Virus record (IMG/VR): IMGVR_UViG_3300045988_014525 | DNA length: 64,000 nucleotides | DNA from: a virus | Direction: 5' to 3' (one strand) | Shown here: piece after piece, positions 46,676 through 56,650 of the stretch | Numbering within the stretch: position 1 is the stretch's first letter | How the letters are laid out: every line of letters starts with the position of its first letter | Notes under the pieces: model-generated | Told to the model about the DNA's origin: nothing | The model's database searches: none | What the model saw: only the letters and a program-made list of their open reading frames with translations | Made by a program: the position numbers and the translations under genes

Positions 46676-46767
46676 TTCCATTAGGTTCAAACATTCAAGT
46701 TTCAATTGCTTAAATACCTCGTACAGCAGTAACAGATGGCGAGATTTACGAGATTAAGAGTAATAGA

Positions 46768-46840
46768 GTCACTAGTATTATCAGACGATTTGAACGCTGC
46801 ATACGTCCTTAAAATGAGCCATTTTAAGCCTCGTAGTGAC
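46768..46840. ncRNA. structured intergenic island C: 73-nt element with a 7-bp closing stem and a perfect 9-bp inner hairpin
   Basis: The closing stem is GTCACTA (46768-46774) with TAGTGAC (46834-46840). The inner hairpin CTTAAAATG-AGC-CATTTTAAG lies at 46808-46828. It sits between the portal terminator and the scaffold-gene promoter box. Confidence 0.45.
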
Positions 46841-46930
46841 ACGTTAACACGAAATAATACAGTTGTTCATCTAGGTATATAAAATTCAACTGTGAAGCTC
46901 TAAGTACTGTCTACGTGCATGTTGCATCCA

Positions 46931-46962
46931 TAAAAATACCCCCGATAATCGAATATCGAGGG
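46931..46962 (-). terminator. intrinsic terminator after the portal gene
   Basis: The minus strand reads CCCTCGAT-ATTCGATT-ATCGGGGG, a 7-bp stem with one mismatch. It is followed by TATTTTTA and lies about 60 nt after the portal stop. Confidence 0.65.
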
Positions 46963-47023
46963 TAACGCTTTCTCATAGAGACGAACTTAACTAACAAAAC
47001 AAACACCAATTTAAACAGCACAA

Positions 47024-49474
47024 CTACTTCTTTTTAGTAGAACTAGACTTAGGTCTATCATATCTATTCTTATTCTCTTTAGCAATAGCTAGATCATTCT
47101 GTCTATCAAGAGCGTGATCAATAAAATCAAGATTCTTAGCTCTACGAGTTTCAGCAAGTTCTTGTTCTTTAAGAGATAACTCTCTCTGTTTCTCTACGGG
47201 GGAAGTTCCAGCTTGACTTGAATTACCAATACTAGCCATAGCTGCTTCAACATCCATACCTTTAGCTTGAAGAGCAAAGTATTGTTTAACTTCCTCAGTA
47301 AGTCTATCTTGTTCTCCTTTAGCAGCTATAAGTTCAAGAGCTTCTCTATGTTTCTGTTCTTCTAATTGTTGGTCTAGTTGACGAAGAGATTCTTCGTTCT
47401 TCTGACGAAGTTCTTGATAACGTTCAACAGCTATCTTAAGAGCAGGAACATTACCAGAAGTAATAGCAGCAAGAGCCATATCTAAATCTCCATTCTGAGC
47501 AGCACTGAAAGCCCAGTTCTTTAATTGCTCATAATTCTCAGTTTCTTTATCAGAATTCTTAGCTTTAATAAGATATTGACCATAAGAATGAGCATTAACA
47601 TTAAGAGAGATGTATTTACGATTACGAGACTTATCAAAATAAGCAGTATCTAAACCATCAATCCAAGCATACTTAGAATTGTTCAAATCAATATCATATT
47701 CATCTTCACGGAACTTATCAAACATATAGTTAATAATAACTGTTCCCATAGAGCCACGAGAAATAGCTTCTTCTGTTGTAGACTTACCTGCACTAGTAGC
47801 AATTTGTCCATAACGTTGAGGAGTCATATCAACCATCTCACGAGCACTATTCTTAATAGATTCAATAAGATTAGTCATTTCAGTTATATAGCCACTAATA
47901 TTTGCATCGAGCATACGAATTTGTTGAGCTTTCAAACTATTCATATCTTCGCTATCATCGTAAGCAAGAATACCTTCGGCAGCAAGATTATAAATAATTC
48001 TATCAGTTTCTTCACCAGCACCAAGAAGAGACTTACCAATAAGAAGAGCAAACATCTTATTTTTAGCAATCATCATCTCTCTATGATAAGAGAAGATATT
48101 AATAAGAATTTGGAAAGGAGTAAGTATTTCAACAACACTAAACTTACCCATCATAGGAATTGGTTCAACAAGACCAGTATAAGGAAGTTTAGGATCATCG
48201 TCATTTTGGAATACAACAGGTTTAGCACCACCGGGATAAATACCATATTGTTTCATTCCAATTCGATAACCTTCATAGATTTGTTTCTTATAGATAGTTT
48301 CAATATTAATATGTCCAAGTTCAGTATTGAATTCAAAGTCATCTGGAACAATCATTTGATCTTCAAATCCAATCTCATTAATATAATGAAGAACTTTAAC
48401 TTCTGCATAACCTACCCAACAAGCATGCCAAACTTCTAGAAGATCACCATTCTGTTCACGAACATCAACATTACCAGCAGTAAATAAAGCTCTATCTTCT
48501 TCATCTAGTTCTTTACACTTTTCTGGAAAGAAATAAGTATAAGAATTAAGATTAAACGTTTTGCTAGGAACACCAGTACCATTAACAGGATTATAATAAT
48601 TAGTAATAAATTCAAGTTCTGTTTCAGTAAGATCATCTTTGAATTGATCTATTACTTGAGAATAAGACATTTGCAATCTTCTAGCAACCATGTCATAACC
48701 TGATACAAAGATAGCTCCATTAGGAACAGGAAACATTTCAGTAGTAGGAACTGTTTCTTTAATTACTTTCTTTCCTTTAACAGTATGATAACTATAACAT
48801 TCTCCCGTTGTTATAAAATTGAAATAAGCAATAGGAGCTTGAACATCTGTATTAGTAGTATCATCGATTACATCAATAAGTTGTTGAGCTTGAACACTAA
48901 TCTCATCAATATAGTTTTCGATAAACTCTTTCTCAAACTGTTCAGCATCGGCAGCAAGTTCTTGCGGATTGATTTGTTGAGTAGGTTGACCTTGAGCAGC
49001 AAGTTCTTCATTCTGAGCATTAGCTTCTTGAACTCGTCTTTGAAACTCTTCTTGAAATGCTAAAAGTGCTCGTTTAGTAATATCATTCTTAATCGCATTA
49101 TCACGTGCCATAATGATATCGGGATTATTAGCTGTAACTAAGAACTCATGTTGTTCTTTAGTGTACTCAGAAATATATCTACGAACAATATCATTAATGA
49201 TATCAAGATTTCGCATAGTAGCAGGAAAACGAGTATAGATTTCCTTTGTAGCATTAAAAGGATTAAGAGTTTTACGATAGAACTCGTTAGGAATATTATT
49301 ATGTAAAATCTCTAATAACTGCTCAGTCTTAGTTCTATCATTAGCACTAAGTCCGGCAGCTATAACATAATCAATACAACGAGAACCCCAAGTATAATCC
49401 TTTTGAGAATTGGGAATCCTTTGTTCGGGGAAATCTCCAACTCGACTATTAATTTTGAGATTGACAGTACTCAT
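47024..49474 (-). CDS. portal protein (816 aa)
   Basis: Large ORF directly after terL in transcription order, with a charged helical C-terminal tail. The call rests on position and size. An intrinsic terminator follows. Confidence 0.6.
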   Translation of the reverse strand: MSTVNLKINSRVGDFPEQRIPNSQKDYTWGSRCIDYVIAAGLSANDRTKTEQLLEILHNNIPNEFYRKTLNPFNATKEIYTRFPATMRNLDIINDIVRRYISEYTKEQHEFLVTANNPDIIMARDNAIKNDITKRALLAFQEEFQRRVQEANAQNEELAAQGQPTQQINPQELAADAEQFEKEFIENYIDEISVQAQQLIDVIDDTTNTDVQAPIAYFNFITTGECYSYHTVKGKKVIKETVPTTEMFPVPNGAIFVSGYDMVARRLQMSYSQVIDQFKDDLTETELEFITNYYNPVNGTGVPSKTFNLNSYTYFFPEKCKELDEEDRALFTAGNVDVREQNGDLLEVWHACWVGYAEVKVLHYINEIGFEDQMIVPDDFEFNTELGHINIETIYKKQIYEGYRIGMKQYGIYPGGAKPVVFQNDDDPKLPYTGLVEPIPMMGKFSVVEILTPFQILINIFSYHREMMIAKNKMFALLIGKSLLGAGEETDRIIYNLAAEGILAYDDSEDMNSLKAQQIRMLDANISGYITEMTNLIESIKNSAREMVDMTPQRYGQIATSAGKSTTEEAISRGSMGTVIINYMFDKFREDEYDIDLNNSKYAWIDGLDTAYFDKSRNRKYISLNVNAHSYGQYLIKAKNSDKETENYEQLKNWAFSAAQNGDLDMALAAITSGNVPALKIAVERYQELRQKNEESLRQLDQQLEEQKHREALELIAAKGEQDRLTEEVKQYFALQAKGMDVEAAMASIGNSSQAGTSPVEKQRELSLKEQELAETRRAKNLDFIDHALDRQNDLAIAKENKNRYDRPKSSSTKKK
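47191..47205 (-). repeat. GC-rich dispersed element copy (GTAG variant)
   Basis: The plus strand reads TCTCTACGGGGGAAG. It is sense in the portal ORF (TSPVEK). Confidence 0.8.
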
Positions 49475-49710
49475 ACAAATATAAGTTTTATGATTAGTAT
49501 TACAACTACTAGAATCACATTGCCTATGATTCCGCCAAGCAATGTAGCAATAATATCTAATATATCAAACTTTCCACCATATAATTTGTCTTTGTATTCC
49601 ATACCAACAGCAACACCTAACGTGAATATTATAGTTAGAAAACCTGTTAGTATTCCGTATTTAAAATGTAGCATACGGTTACTTACTTTCATCCAATTAA
49701 ACATGAGCAT
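49471..49710 (-). CDS. small membrane protein (79 aa, 2-3 TM segments) between terL and portal
   Basis: ORF in the track. Its stop overlaps the portal start by 4 nt. It is strongly hydrophobic. Confidence 0.5.
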   Translation of the reverse strand: MLMFNWMKVSNRMLHFKYGILTGFLTIIFTLGVAVGMEYKDKLYGGKFDILDIIATLLGGIIGNVILVVVILIIKLIFV

Positions 49711-49724
49711 TAATTTTAATAGTT

Positions 49725-52022
49725 TTAATATCTAGGTCTAGTCCAAAAGTTTTCCTCTTGAGTGTCGACCTTTTTACGATGTTTCATTTCATTCTCAGCA
49801 AACTTATCATTAGCAGCCCATTCAATACCACGAACAATCATTTCAGATACACGGTCAAAGTTACCTGTTTCATTCCACTTCTTTAATTCAAGAACAGAAG
49901 GATGATCATATATAGTATGAAGAACTAATAGTTCTCGTCCGTCTGGACGTTTACCAACAACAGTATAAAGCATTTCTTTAAGCATTCGTAGACCGTCAAG
50001 TTTAACTTGATTATTACCTACATTATATCCAATAGTAGTACTAATCTTATTCTTAATAGAAGTATCCCATAACCAAACTGGATGACAACCTAAATAACGA
50101 AGAGCTTTCCACTTCTTAAAGTTACTAATAGTTTCACCTCGATTGGTTTCAACATTAGTAGTTCCAATACAATTATACATACGAGCTAAATTATAACAAA
50201 TTCTATCAGCTTCTTCAAGAGTATTAGGACGACCATAATAAGTAGCACAAAGTTTAGTTTTATAACCATTATAAATACAAGGATTCATCCAAACTTTAAT
50301 ACTATTATGAGAGTGTTTATTAGTAATTTCGCCTTTGTCTTTATCAATACCAACAGGGTCATAACTTATACTATAAATTCCGGGAGGACAACCTTTGATC
50401 GGAGTGTTACTTTTCTTATCAGTATAAACAACACTAATAGGTCTAAAGAATATACGAATACAACCATGTGGATCTTCGTTACTATGACGAGGAACGTTTT
50501 TAATATAATCAAAATAATCATGATTAAACTTAGCTCCTTCACGAGTAGCAATACGAGCATTAGACATAAACTCAAACTTCTCGTTATCATATTCAACAAA
50601 CGAACCATCAGTATAGAATTTATAGTCATTGCTAATACGAAGTTCTTGTTCCCATTCATCAAGTATTTCACTACTGAATATATTCTCAGTAACAGAACTA
50701 AAAGATTCAGCAGGCATATTAGCATATTGACCACAATAACTAATATACTTAGAGAATGATTTAGAATTCTTCTTCTCAGCAGCACGTTCTTCTTCTGCAA
50801 TCTTAAATCCAAGAGCTACATCGGAATTACCGTCTTTATCAAGAGAAGTAAGATTAGCAATAGAAGAATCTTCACTAATCTTATAACCTTCAAGACCCCA
50901 ACAATAAGGTTTAAAATAACCACAAACAGAATCTCTACTATCTTTATCCCAAACATTTTCAAAAGGCATGAACGAACCAGATCGAGGATCATAGAAGTTT
51001 TGCTCGAATACAGCCCAACCTTTATTAGCTTTACCAGCAGTTCCCCAAGCATTTAAGAAACCAGTAAGTACAGAACCTGTTTTAAGTGTCGGAGTAGTAA
51101 CGTCCATAAAGTCATCGAAATTCTCGAACTCAGACATTTCCTCACATTTAATCTCTCCGGCATCTTTACCAACAGCAGCAGATGGATTATTATTAGTTGA
51201 TACTGATATACAAGCACTGTTCCAACTACTAGTATCTACAACTCCTGTACTCTGATCTTTAAAACCTAGAATAAAATCACTTGAATCAATCTTAGCAATA
51301 CCTCTAGCAAAAGGAGTATGACTTTCATAAAAGATAATCTGTTTCTTCATAAAGTCAGATAGACCACCAGATTGAATCAAGAACTTATTATCGGCAGCCG
51401 CATGAATAACAGAACGATTAGGAACTAGATTTATATAATTAGCAGAACCGATAGCTTCCATATAACTAAAACCACCACGACGAGTTTTATCATTAATAAG
51501 AAAGAAACCATTGTCTTTACAAAACTGTTTAATAATGAAATACCACCATTGACAGTCAATAAAACGAGGAAAGCCTAGAATCTTCTTACCAGTAACTTTA
51601 CCTTTCTCTATTCTAAGAGTTTTAGTATCTAGTTTAAGGATACGTCCATAGTTAATAAAATTATAATGCTCGCCTGTAATATATAAATCTTCAACTTCAC
51701 CAGTTTCGGTATTTAATTTACAAGGAGCTTTATAACCTACCATTCTACGAATAGTTTCCTGCTTACGAAAGTTAATATGAGGAATACTATCTTCATTAAA
51801 TAGTGTGTACTTTCCTCCATTCTTTTCAAACTCATTAGCAGCAGGAGTAAGCAAATGAGTATTAACGAATCTATACTTTGGATTAATATTAAGAAGAAAT
51901 CCTCCCGATTCACCTATAAGGAATGAATCGGTAGGATCATGATAACCATTATCTTTAGCATGTGGATAATGAGATTTATCTTCATTTATATAATTCCAAA
52001 ATGGATACTCGCGTAATTCCAT
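49725..52022 (-). CDS. terL: terminase large subunit (765 aa)
   Basis: ORF upstream of the portal-size ORF. The segment NDKTRRGGFSY resembles a terminase P-loop variant (weak). Size and position are typical for crAss-like terL. Confidence 0.65.
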   Translation of the reverse strand: MELREYPFWNYINEDKSHYPHAKDNGYHDPTDSFLIGESGGFLLNINPKYRFVNTHLLTPAANEFEKNGGKYTLFNEDSIPHINFRKQETIRRMVGYKAPCKLNTETGEVEDLYITGEHYNFINYGRILKLDTKTLRIEKGKVTGKKILGFPRFIDCQWWYFIIKQFCKDNGFFLINDKTRRGGFSYMEAIGSANYINLVPNRSVIHAAADNKFLIQSGGLSDFMKKQIIFYESHTPFARGIAKIDSSDFILGFKDQSTGVVDTSSWNSACISVSTNNNPSAAVGKDAGEIKCEEMSEFENFDDFMDVTTPTLKTGSVLTGFLNAWGTAGKANKGWAVFEQNFYDPRSGSFMPFENVWDKDSRDSVCGYFKPYCWGLEGYKISEDSSIANLTSLDKDGNSDVALGFKIAEEERAAEKKNSKSFSKYISYCGQYANMPAESFSSVTENIFSSEILDEWEQELRISNDYKFYTDGSFVEYDNEKFEFMSNARIATREGAKFNHDYFDYIKNVPRHSNEDPHGCIRIFFRPISVVYTDKKSNTPIKGCPPGIYSISYDPVGIDKDKGEITNKHSHNSIKVWMNPCIYNGYKTKLCATYYGRPNTLEEADRICYNLARMYNCIGTTNVETNRGETISNFKKWKALRYLGCHPVWLWDTSIKNKISTTIGYNVGNNQVKLDGLRMLKEMLYTVVGKRPDGRELLVLHTIYDHPSVLELKKWNETGNFDRVSEMIVRGIEWAANDKFAENEMKHRKKVDTQEENFWTRPRY

Positions 52023-52029
52023 ATTTTAT

Positions 52030-52491
52030 TTATTTTATAAGCATTGCAGCAACAATAGTTATAATAGTTCCAAAACCAATAGCTACATTACGTTGCTTTT
52101 TATATTTCTTAGATTTCTTTTGTTCATCATTAAGACTATCAATAGCATTATTAGCAACAGTAGATATTCTACGAATCTCAAACTTTTGTCTAGCTATAAT
52201 ACTATCAGCAAATATACAATCTTGAACTTTAAGTTTATAAGCAGCTTTAAAAGTTTCATATTGAGACCTATATTCATTAGATAGAATTAGCTTTGCATTA
52301 GCTATTTTAATAATATCTTTATTAAGACTTATTGAATCCACCCCCGTAAAGGAATGTGAAACTAGAGAATCTACTTCGTTCTCCATTCGCTTCAATCTAT
52401 CTTCCAACTGGCTTTGAGCACAACTCAATGAACTTCCGAACAATAGCAATACTATCACTATCGACAACAGCTTTATGTAGTTCTTCTTCAT
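52030..52491 (-). CDS. lipoprotein with a coiled coil and a C-terminal TM segment (153 aa); spanin-like
   Basis: The track ORF is 52030..52566. I prefer the Met at 52491. That start gives MKKNYIKLLSIVIVLLLFGSSLSC, a signal peptide with a lipobox Cys. The middle is helical and the C-terminus reads AIGFGTIITIVAAMLIK. Confidence 0.55.
   Translation of the reverse strand: MKKNYIKLLSIVIVLLLFGSSLSCAQSQLEDRLKRMENEVDSLVSHSFTGVDSISLNKDIIKIANAKLILSNEYRSQYETFKAAYKLKVQDCIFADSIIARQKFEIRRISTVANNAIDSLNDEQKKSKKYKKQRNVAIGFGTIITIVAAMLIK
52337..52360 (+). repeat. GC-rich dispersed element copy (long form)
   Basis: TCCACCCCCGTAAAGGAATGTGAA. It is antisense in the lipoprotein ORF (SFTGVD). Its 22-mer is identical to 61655-61676. 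Confidence 0.9.
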
Positions 52492-52693
52492 TCTTTGTAT
52501 TATTAGCATTATTAATAAAGATAGTATCAATAAGTTTAGTAATACTATCACGTTTGTTACTTTCAACGTAAACAGTGTCTACTTTGATATAAGGAATTTC
52601 TACACATTTCTTATCGTTATTTAATAATGTCCATAACCATACGGTTAGAACTAGCATTACTATAACTATCAATACTATCTTTAATGTCTTCAT
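52397..52693 (-). CDS. type II membrane protein (98 aa), i-spanin-like
   Basis: ORF in the track with the N-terminal TM segment LKIVLIVIVMLVLTVWLWTLL. It has an ATGA overlap with the upstream hydrolase-like gene. Its 3-prime 95 nt overlap the lipoprotein gene in another frame. Confidence 0.5.
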   Translation of the reverse strand: MKTLKIVLIVIVMLVLTVWLWTLLNNDKKCVEIPYIKVDTVYVESNKRDSITKLIDTIFINNANNTKNEEELHKAVVDSDSIAIVRKFIELCSKPVGR

Positions 52694-53301
52694 CTCAACA
52701 AGTCTTTTTCTTCAAGTAGAGTATAAGTAAATCTATCTCCCCAAATAGGAGTAGCAAGAGTAACAAGATTCATTAGTTCATTGAAATCAAAACTACGAGC
52801 TAGAACTTGACAACCAGCAGACCAACCATCTACAACAACACTAGAATCTCCGGCTTTATGAATATTAATTCCAAACATTCCTTCTTCAATAGTCTCAGGA
52901 TTAAAATCAAGATAATAATCTTTATTATTATCACGATAGACTTTAACAGGTTTATATTGAACTAGAGCTTTATATTGTCCTTTATGATAACCAACTTTCC
53001 AAGCACCACGATATTGACCGGGAACTAGAATAGCACAACCTTTAACGTTAACAGGATTAGAAAGACTCTTATATCCGGGATCTGTTGTACAAGGAAATAT
53101 AGGACAGAACTTATTACCTTTCTTATTCCAATATTCAATAATGAAGGCATCGTTGAATTCATTACTGTGATCAGCAGAACGAACACCAATAAGATTAAGA
53201 TTATAATCACCGTTTACAAAATAAGCGTAACCTTTCGCTTCTAATGTCTTTTTCCAATCAGTTTTAAGACATTTATTAATTAGTTTATCGTTATATTTCA
53301 T
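52690..53301 (-). CDS. putative cell-wall hydrolase (203 aa) with a YkuD-like H...SxGC motif
   Basis: INIHKAGDSSVVVDGWSAGCQVL resembles the His...Ser-x-Gly-Cys catalytic signature of L,D-transpeptidase-fold enzymes. It sits directly upstream of the two spanin-like genes. Confidence 0.4.
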   Translation of the reverse strand: MKYNDKLINKCLKTDWKKTLEAKGYAYFVNGDYNLNLIGVRSADHSNEFNDAFIIEYWNKKGNKFCPIFPCTTDPGYKSLSNPVNVKGCAILVPGQYRGAWKVGYHKGQYKALVQYKPVKVYRDNNKDYYLDFNPETIEEGMFGINIHKAGDSSVVVDGWSAGCQVLARSFDFNELMNLVTLATPIWGDRFTYTLLEEKDLLR

Positions 53302-53552
53302 AATTTATTTATTACTTCGTTTACTATTCGTTCTAAGTCTTTTAGTTTAATTGAACTATAAAGATGTTTATAACGATGTGCTTCAATTCTTTCACAATGT
53401 TCTCTATAACTTTTAGATAATAATCGTCTAATGTTTTCATTAATCTTATGTTCAGAGAAATCATTAAACTTATAAATACAACTTCTATATCTTATAAATA
53501 TAGTATGTTTAGGAAGATCAATAGTACTAATATGTTGAGGTCTAATCATCAT
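53298..53552 (-). CDS. small basic protein (84 aa), function unknown
   Basis: ORF in the track, coupled to both neighbours by short overlaps. Confidence 0.6.
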   Translation of the reverse strand: MMIRPQHISTIDLPKHTIFIRYRSCIYKFNDFSEHKINENIRRLLSKSYREHCERIEAHRYKHLYSSIKLKDLERIVNEVINKL

Positions 53553-54550
53553 TATGCAAATAGATTTAATTGTTTCTTTTGAGTACCGTGAATAGATTGA
53601 TAACGACTATGAAATATAGCATTAACTTCATTATCCATTCGATTTATCTTATACCATTTAGCAGATTCTTGTTTAGTAGTATCAATATGAAATCCGTCAC
53701 CAAATCTTTGAGGACGACCGTATTTATTAAGAACAAAAGGAATTTCAATATGACAAAGAGCTAAACCTCTACAAGGAAGACCAGTAATAAGAGATACCAT
53801 TCGAGAATAGATATTAAGCTGTAAGCTATAAGTATTTCCATTACAATTAGAGAGATGTCCAAGAGGAGGAAGCATAGTATCATCTTGTTTACTTACCCAT
53901 TCATTTGTTTCTTGATTAGGACGAACAGTTTTATCTTTACGATAATAACCTGCTTCAAAACGTAATCCAGTGCGATTAGTTTTCCAATCTAGAATAACAA
54001 AACCATCTTCACGAATAGGAAGAATATCAATAGTTCCACTAATAAGATAGTCAGGAAGAAAAGCACCGATTTCAGAATATATCTTGTAATCTCTATCAGT
54101 ATAATATTTAAAGACTTCGTATATCTCCGGATATTTATTTTCAGTATGATCTATAAACTCATCAATATCTAATAGTTTAACATGATCGTCTATAATATCT
54201 AAATCAGCAACAGTAGTCATTTGAGTACTAGCAGATTTATTAAGATATTTAATAGCATTAAAGAACTTACTGTTTTTACGTATTCCATCTTCAAAGTTAT
54301 TATGATAGACATTACCCATATCACAAGCATTGTCACGAATAGTATCCCATTCCTTCTTAATTAGCTTAGCAGAAGTACCAAGTTCTTTGGCTTTATATCT
54401 AGCCCAATAATCAGTTTCAAATTTAGGAACATAATCATGAATAAGAGTAGTAACACTTTTATAAGAGTTACCACAACTATCAGTGTACTTATGAGTTGGT
54501 TCATCGAAGAACAACTTCGTCTGTTTATATTTCGGTGCTATCTGTATCAT
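53552..54550 (-). CDS. PD-(D/E)XK (RecB/Cas4-like) nuclease (332 aa)
   Basis: The motifs GTIDIL (D), ILDWKT (D-x-K) and QLNIY (QxxxY) occur in the canonical order for this family. Confidence 0.7.
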   Translation of the reverse strand: MIQIAPKYKQTKLFFDEPTHKYTDSCGNSYKSVTTLIHDYVPKFETDYWARYKAKELGTSAKLIKKEWDTIRDNACDMGNVYHNNFEDGIRKNSKFFNAIKYLNKSASTQMTTVADLDIIDDHVKLLDIDEFIDHTENKYPEIYEVFKYYTDRDYKIYSEIGAFLPDYLISGTIDILPIREDGFVILDWKTNRTGLRFEAGYYRKDKTVRPNQETNEWVSKQDDTMLPPLGHLSNCNGNTYSLQLNIYSRMVSLITGLPCRGLALCHIEIPFVLNKYGRPQRFGDGFHIDTTKQESAKWYKINRMDNEVNAIFHSRYQSIHGTQKKQLNLFA

Positions 54551-55269
54551 TACTTTGTTAGTTCATATGTTTGTACTTCCCCCGTAAAGGAACTTCTAGT
54601 ATTAGTTTGCGTTAACCCTAATCTAGCTCTTTCAGCTTCGGCTTGAGCTTCAATATCAGCAGCATCAGTAGCTAGCATACTAGTAGTAATTGTTTTACCA
54701 CCACGAGCTTTACGCTGTTGATTATCTAGCATAACAGCTTGCTTAGCTTCATTGAGAGTTTTAAGTTGGTTAGGAAGAAGATTAATAATAGTACTTAGTT
54801 TATTAATATAATCAATAACGACTAGAGTATCTTCATCTTTAAGACCTCCGTGCATCTTAATAGATAACTGCTCAGATATAAAGTTAGCTGCGAGATTAGC
54901 ATTATGAAGAGCACGAGATGCACTATTAAGAGCTTCTTCGGCAGGTGTCCAACCTTTCTTATATTCATCAATAATTCGATTAATAAGTTCATCCGGTTCC
55001 CAGTTAGCATCGAGACCATAATTACTCTTAGCAACAACAAGAGCTTCGGGACGACTATAACCCATTTGATTAGGAGGAGACTTAGGATCAGCTACATAAT
55101 AGATAACTCCAACTTCTTGAATATATCTACTCTTAGTAGGAGTTTTATCTCTAATATAAAGCTCTCTAACATCTTTGTCTTGAATCTGACGAATGTTAGG
55201 AGCAAATGGAATACCTTGCTCATTAACAGCAAGCATTCGAGTTATATCTAAAGGAGCAACTTCAATCAT
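54550..55269 (-). CDS. 239-aa protein, function unknown
   Basis: ORF in the track, 1-nt overlap with the nuclease gene. Confidence 0.7.
   Translation of the reverse strand: MIEVAPLDITRMLAVNEQGIPFAPNIRQIQDKDVRELYIRDKTPTKSRYIQEVGVIYYVADPKSPPNQMGYSRPEALVVAKSNYGLDANWEPDELINRIIDEYKKGWTPAEEALNSASRALHNANLAANFISEQLSIKMHGGLKDEDTLVVIDYINKLSTIINLLPNQLKTLNEAKQAVMLDNQQRKARGGKTITTSMLATDAADIEAQAEAERARLGLTQTNTRSSFTGEVQTYELTK
54576..54592 (+). repeat. GC-rich dispersed element copy
   Basis: CTTCCCCCGTAAAGGAA. It is antisense in the 239-aa ORF (SFTGEV). Confidence 0.9.
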
Positions 55270-55763
55270 AATTCTACGGTTTGAGAAGCATAATAATCAA
55301 GAGTATCATGAGCACCCATATGAGCATAGAGATAAAAATATAATCTAAACCATCTATCAGAACGAAATCTTTTAAGGATTCTATCAGCGTGATTTCTATT
55401 AAGTCTAATAGTTCTATTAATAATAATAGTACGACTGCGAAAGCCACGTCTAACTTTAAATCTTTCACGAAGAAGATTCTTTTTAAACTCCATGTACTCT
55501 TCACGACTCATTGTATCTCTATGGACTTTCATCACATGTTGATGTTCAATAGCATCAAGCTTTCCTTCATTAGGAACAAAAGCTCCGAAGTATGGAATAG
55601 AAACACGACCTAATTCAGCACAACGAGCTACAACTTGACGTTCAACACTTTCGATAATATCTTCAAGTATTTCACCATCAGTGATACTAGTTCGTATAGT
55701 AGCAATAATATCTTCTCTACGAACTAGTAAATCACGTTTTTCATTTAGGTCAATAGTAGGCAT
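55266..55763 (-). CDS. 165-aa basic protein, function unknown
   Basis: ORF in the track, with coupled overlaps. Confidence 0.7.
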   Translation of the reverse strand: MPTIDLNEKRDLLVRREDIIATIRTSITDGEILEDIIESVERQVVARCAELGRVSIPYFGAFVPNEGKLDAIEHQHVMKVHRDTMSREEYMEFKKNLLRERFKVRRGFRSRTIIINRTIRLNRNHADRILKRFRSDRWFRLYFYLYAHMGAHDTLDYYASQTVEL

Positions 55764-56386
55764 TATAATCCGAGCAAATTAGAAGCTATAATAAACTTAT
55801 TAAACGGAGAATTCTCTGGAATACCTTCGTTACTATTATGACCAATAATATCAACAATACGAATGATCTTATAGTCAACACAAGTAACAGTTTGAATAAT
55901 AGTAGTATCTAACTTAGGAAGAGTATGACTAGTAGTATCAAGAGTCTTAATAACAGAAGCAGCTGCACTTTGTCCAACTTTACCAAAGATAGTTCCTCGT
56001 TTAATACTCATAGAAAGATCTTTATCAGTATTAATAAACTTACGGATATGACCAATGGACAATTCGTTCTTACGAGTATTACAATCAATACCGTTAAACA
56101 AATCACTAGGAGCAGCAAAAATAAAACGATTAACAGGAGTTTTATCGTTATCGTTCTCATCTGCATAATTAGCTTTAATAAGAACAGCTTTAGTATTAGC
56201 AAGACCTTTGTTATTAGTATCAATAAGGTCTACTAAAGGAGCAGTAGTTATAAGAGCAATAAGAGCATAATGCTTGCGAAGTTCAATATGTTCAACACAA
56301 GAACTAACATAATCAAATCCAATTTCATGAACTGATTGAGGAAGTCTAAAAGTTTCTTTAGTAGAATTGTTAACTAGATTAAGCAT
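55763..56386 (-). CDS. 207-aa protein, first gene of the leftward block
   Basis: ORF in the track. It borders the divergent control region, with a TATGTTTG box 75 nt upstream. Confidence 0.7.
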   Translation of the reverse strand: MLNLVNNSTKETFRLPQSVHEIGFDYVSSCVEHIELRKHYALIALITTAPLVDLIDTNNKGLANTKAVLIKANYADENDNDKTPVNRFIFAAPSDLFNGIDCNTRKNELSIGHIRKFINTDKDLSMSIKRGTIFGKVGQSAAASVIKTLDTTSHTLPKLDTTIIQTVTCVDYKIIRIVDIIGHNSNEGIPENSPFNKFIIASNLLGL

Positions 56387-56460
56387 AACTACAATAGTTT
56401 AAATGAATACTAAATTTACCAGTACTAACAGCAGTAGTATTAACACCAGTAGTAACAGTG

Positions 56461-56468
56461 CAAACATA
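56461..56468 (-). promoter_or_regulatory. Bacteroidota-type -7 box TATGTTTG
   Basis: The plus strand reads CAAACATA, 75 nt upstream of the ATG at 56386 at the edge of the divergent region. Confidence 0.35.
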
Positions 56469-56550
56469 AGGATTATAATCGGATTTAGTAGTAGAATTAT
56501 AGTTAAAAGTAGTTAAGTATAGGTATATTCACTTCCGTACCTTAGTGTAA

Positions 56551-56644
56551 ATGCGCATACGTGCGCATGTTCTAGGTGTACGCACACGTGTACGTGCGTA
56601 CATTATATACACGCGCGTATATAAGTAATGTACACGTGCGCACA
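56551..56644. repeat. cluster of CG/CA alternating purine-pyrimidine palindromes
   Basis: ATGCGCA-TACG-TGCGCAT lies at 56551-56568. GTACGCAC-ACGTGTAC-GTGCGTAC lies at 56578-56601. TATATAC-ACGCGC-GTATATA lies at 56604-56623. TGTACACGTGCGCACA lies at about 56629-56644. The G+C content is very atypical for this genome. Confidence 0.85.
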
Positions 56645-56650
56645 AATAAG

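Noticed and set aside
46768-46840. Possible tRNA: a 73-nt element with a 7-bp closing stem and a TTCAAAT sequence.
   Set aside because: There is no D-arm pairing. The inner helix is 9 bp with a 3-nt loop rather than 5 bp with a 7-nt loop. The TTCAAAT lies 13 nt rather than 5 nt from the closing stem. U33 would be absent in any 7-nt loop reading. I kept it as a structured element, not a tRNA.
52492-52566. The full-length 178-aa reading of the lipoprotein ORF.
   Set aside because: The first 25 codons overlap the translationally coupled 98-aa ORF and precede a much better signal-peptide start. This is not excluded, only less likely.
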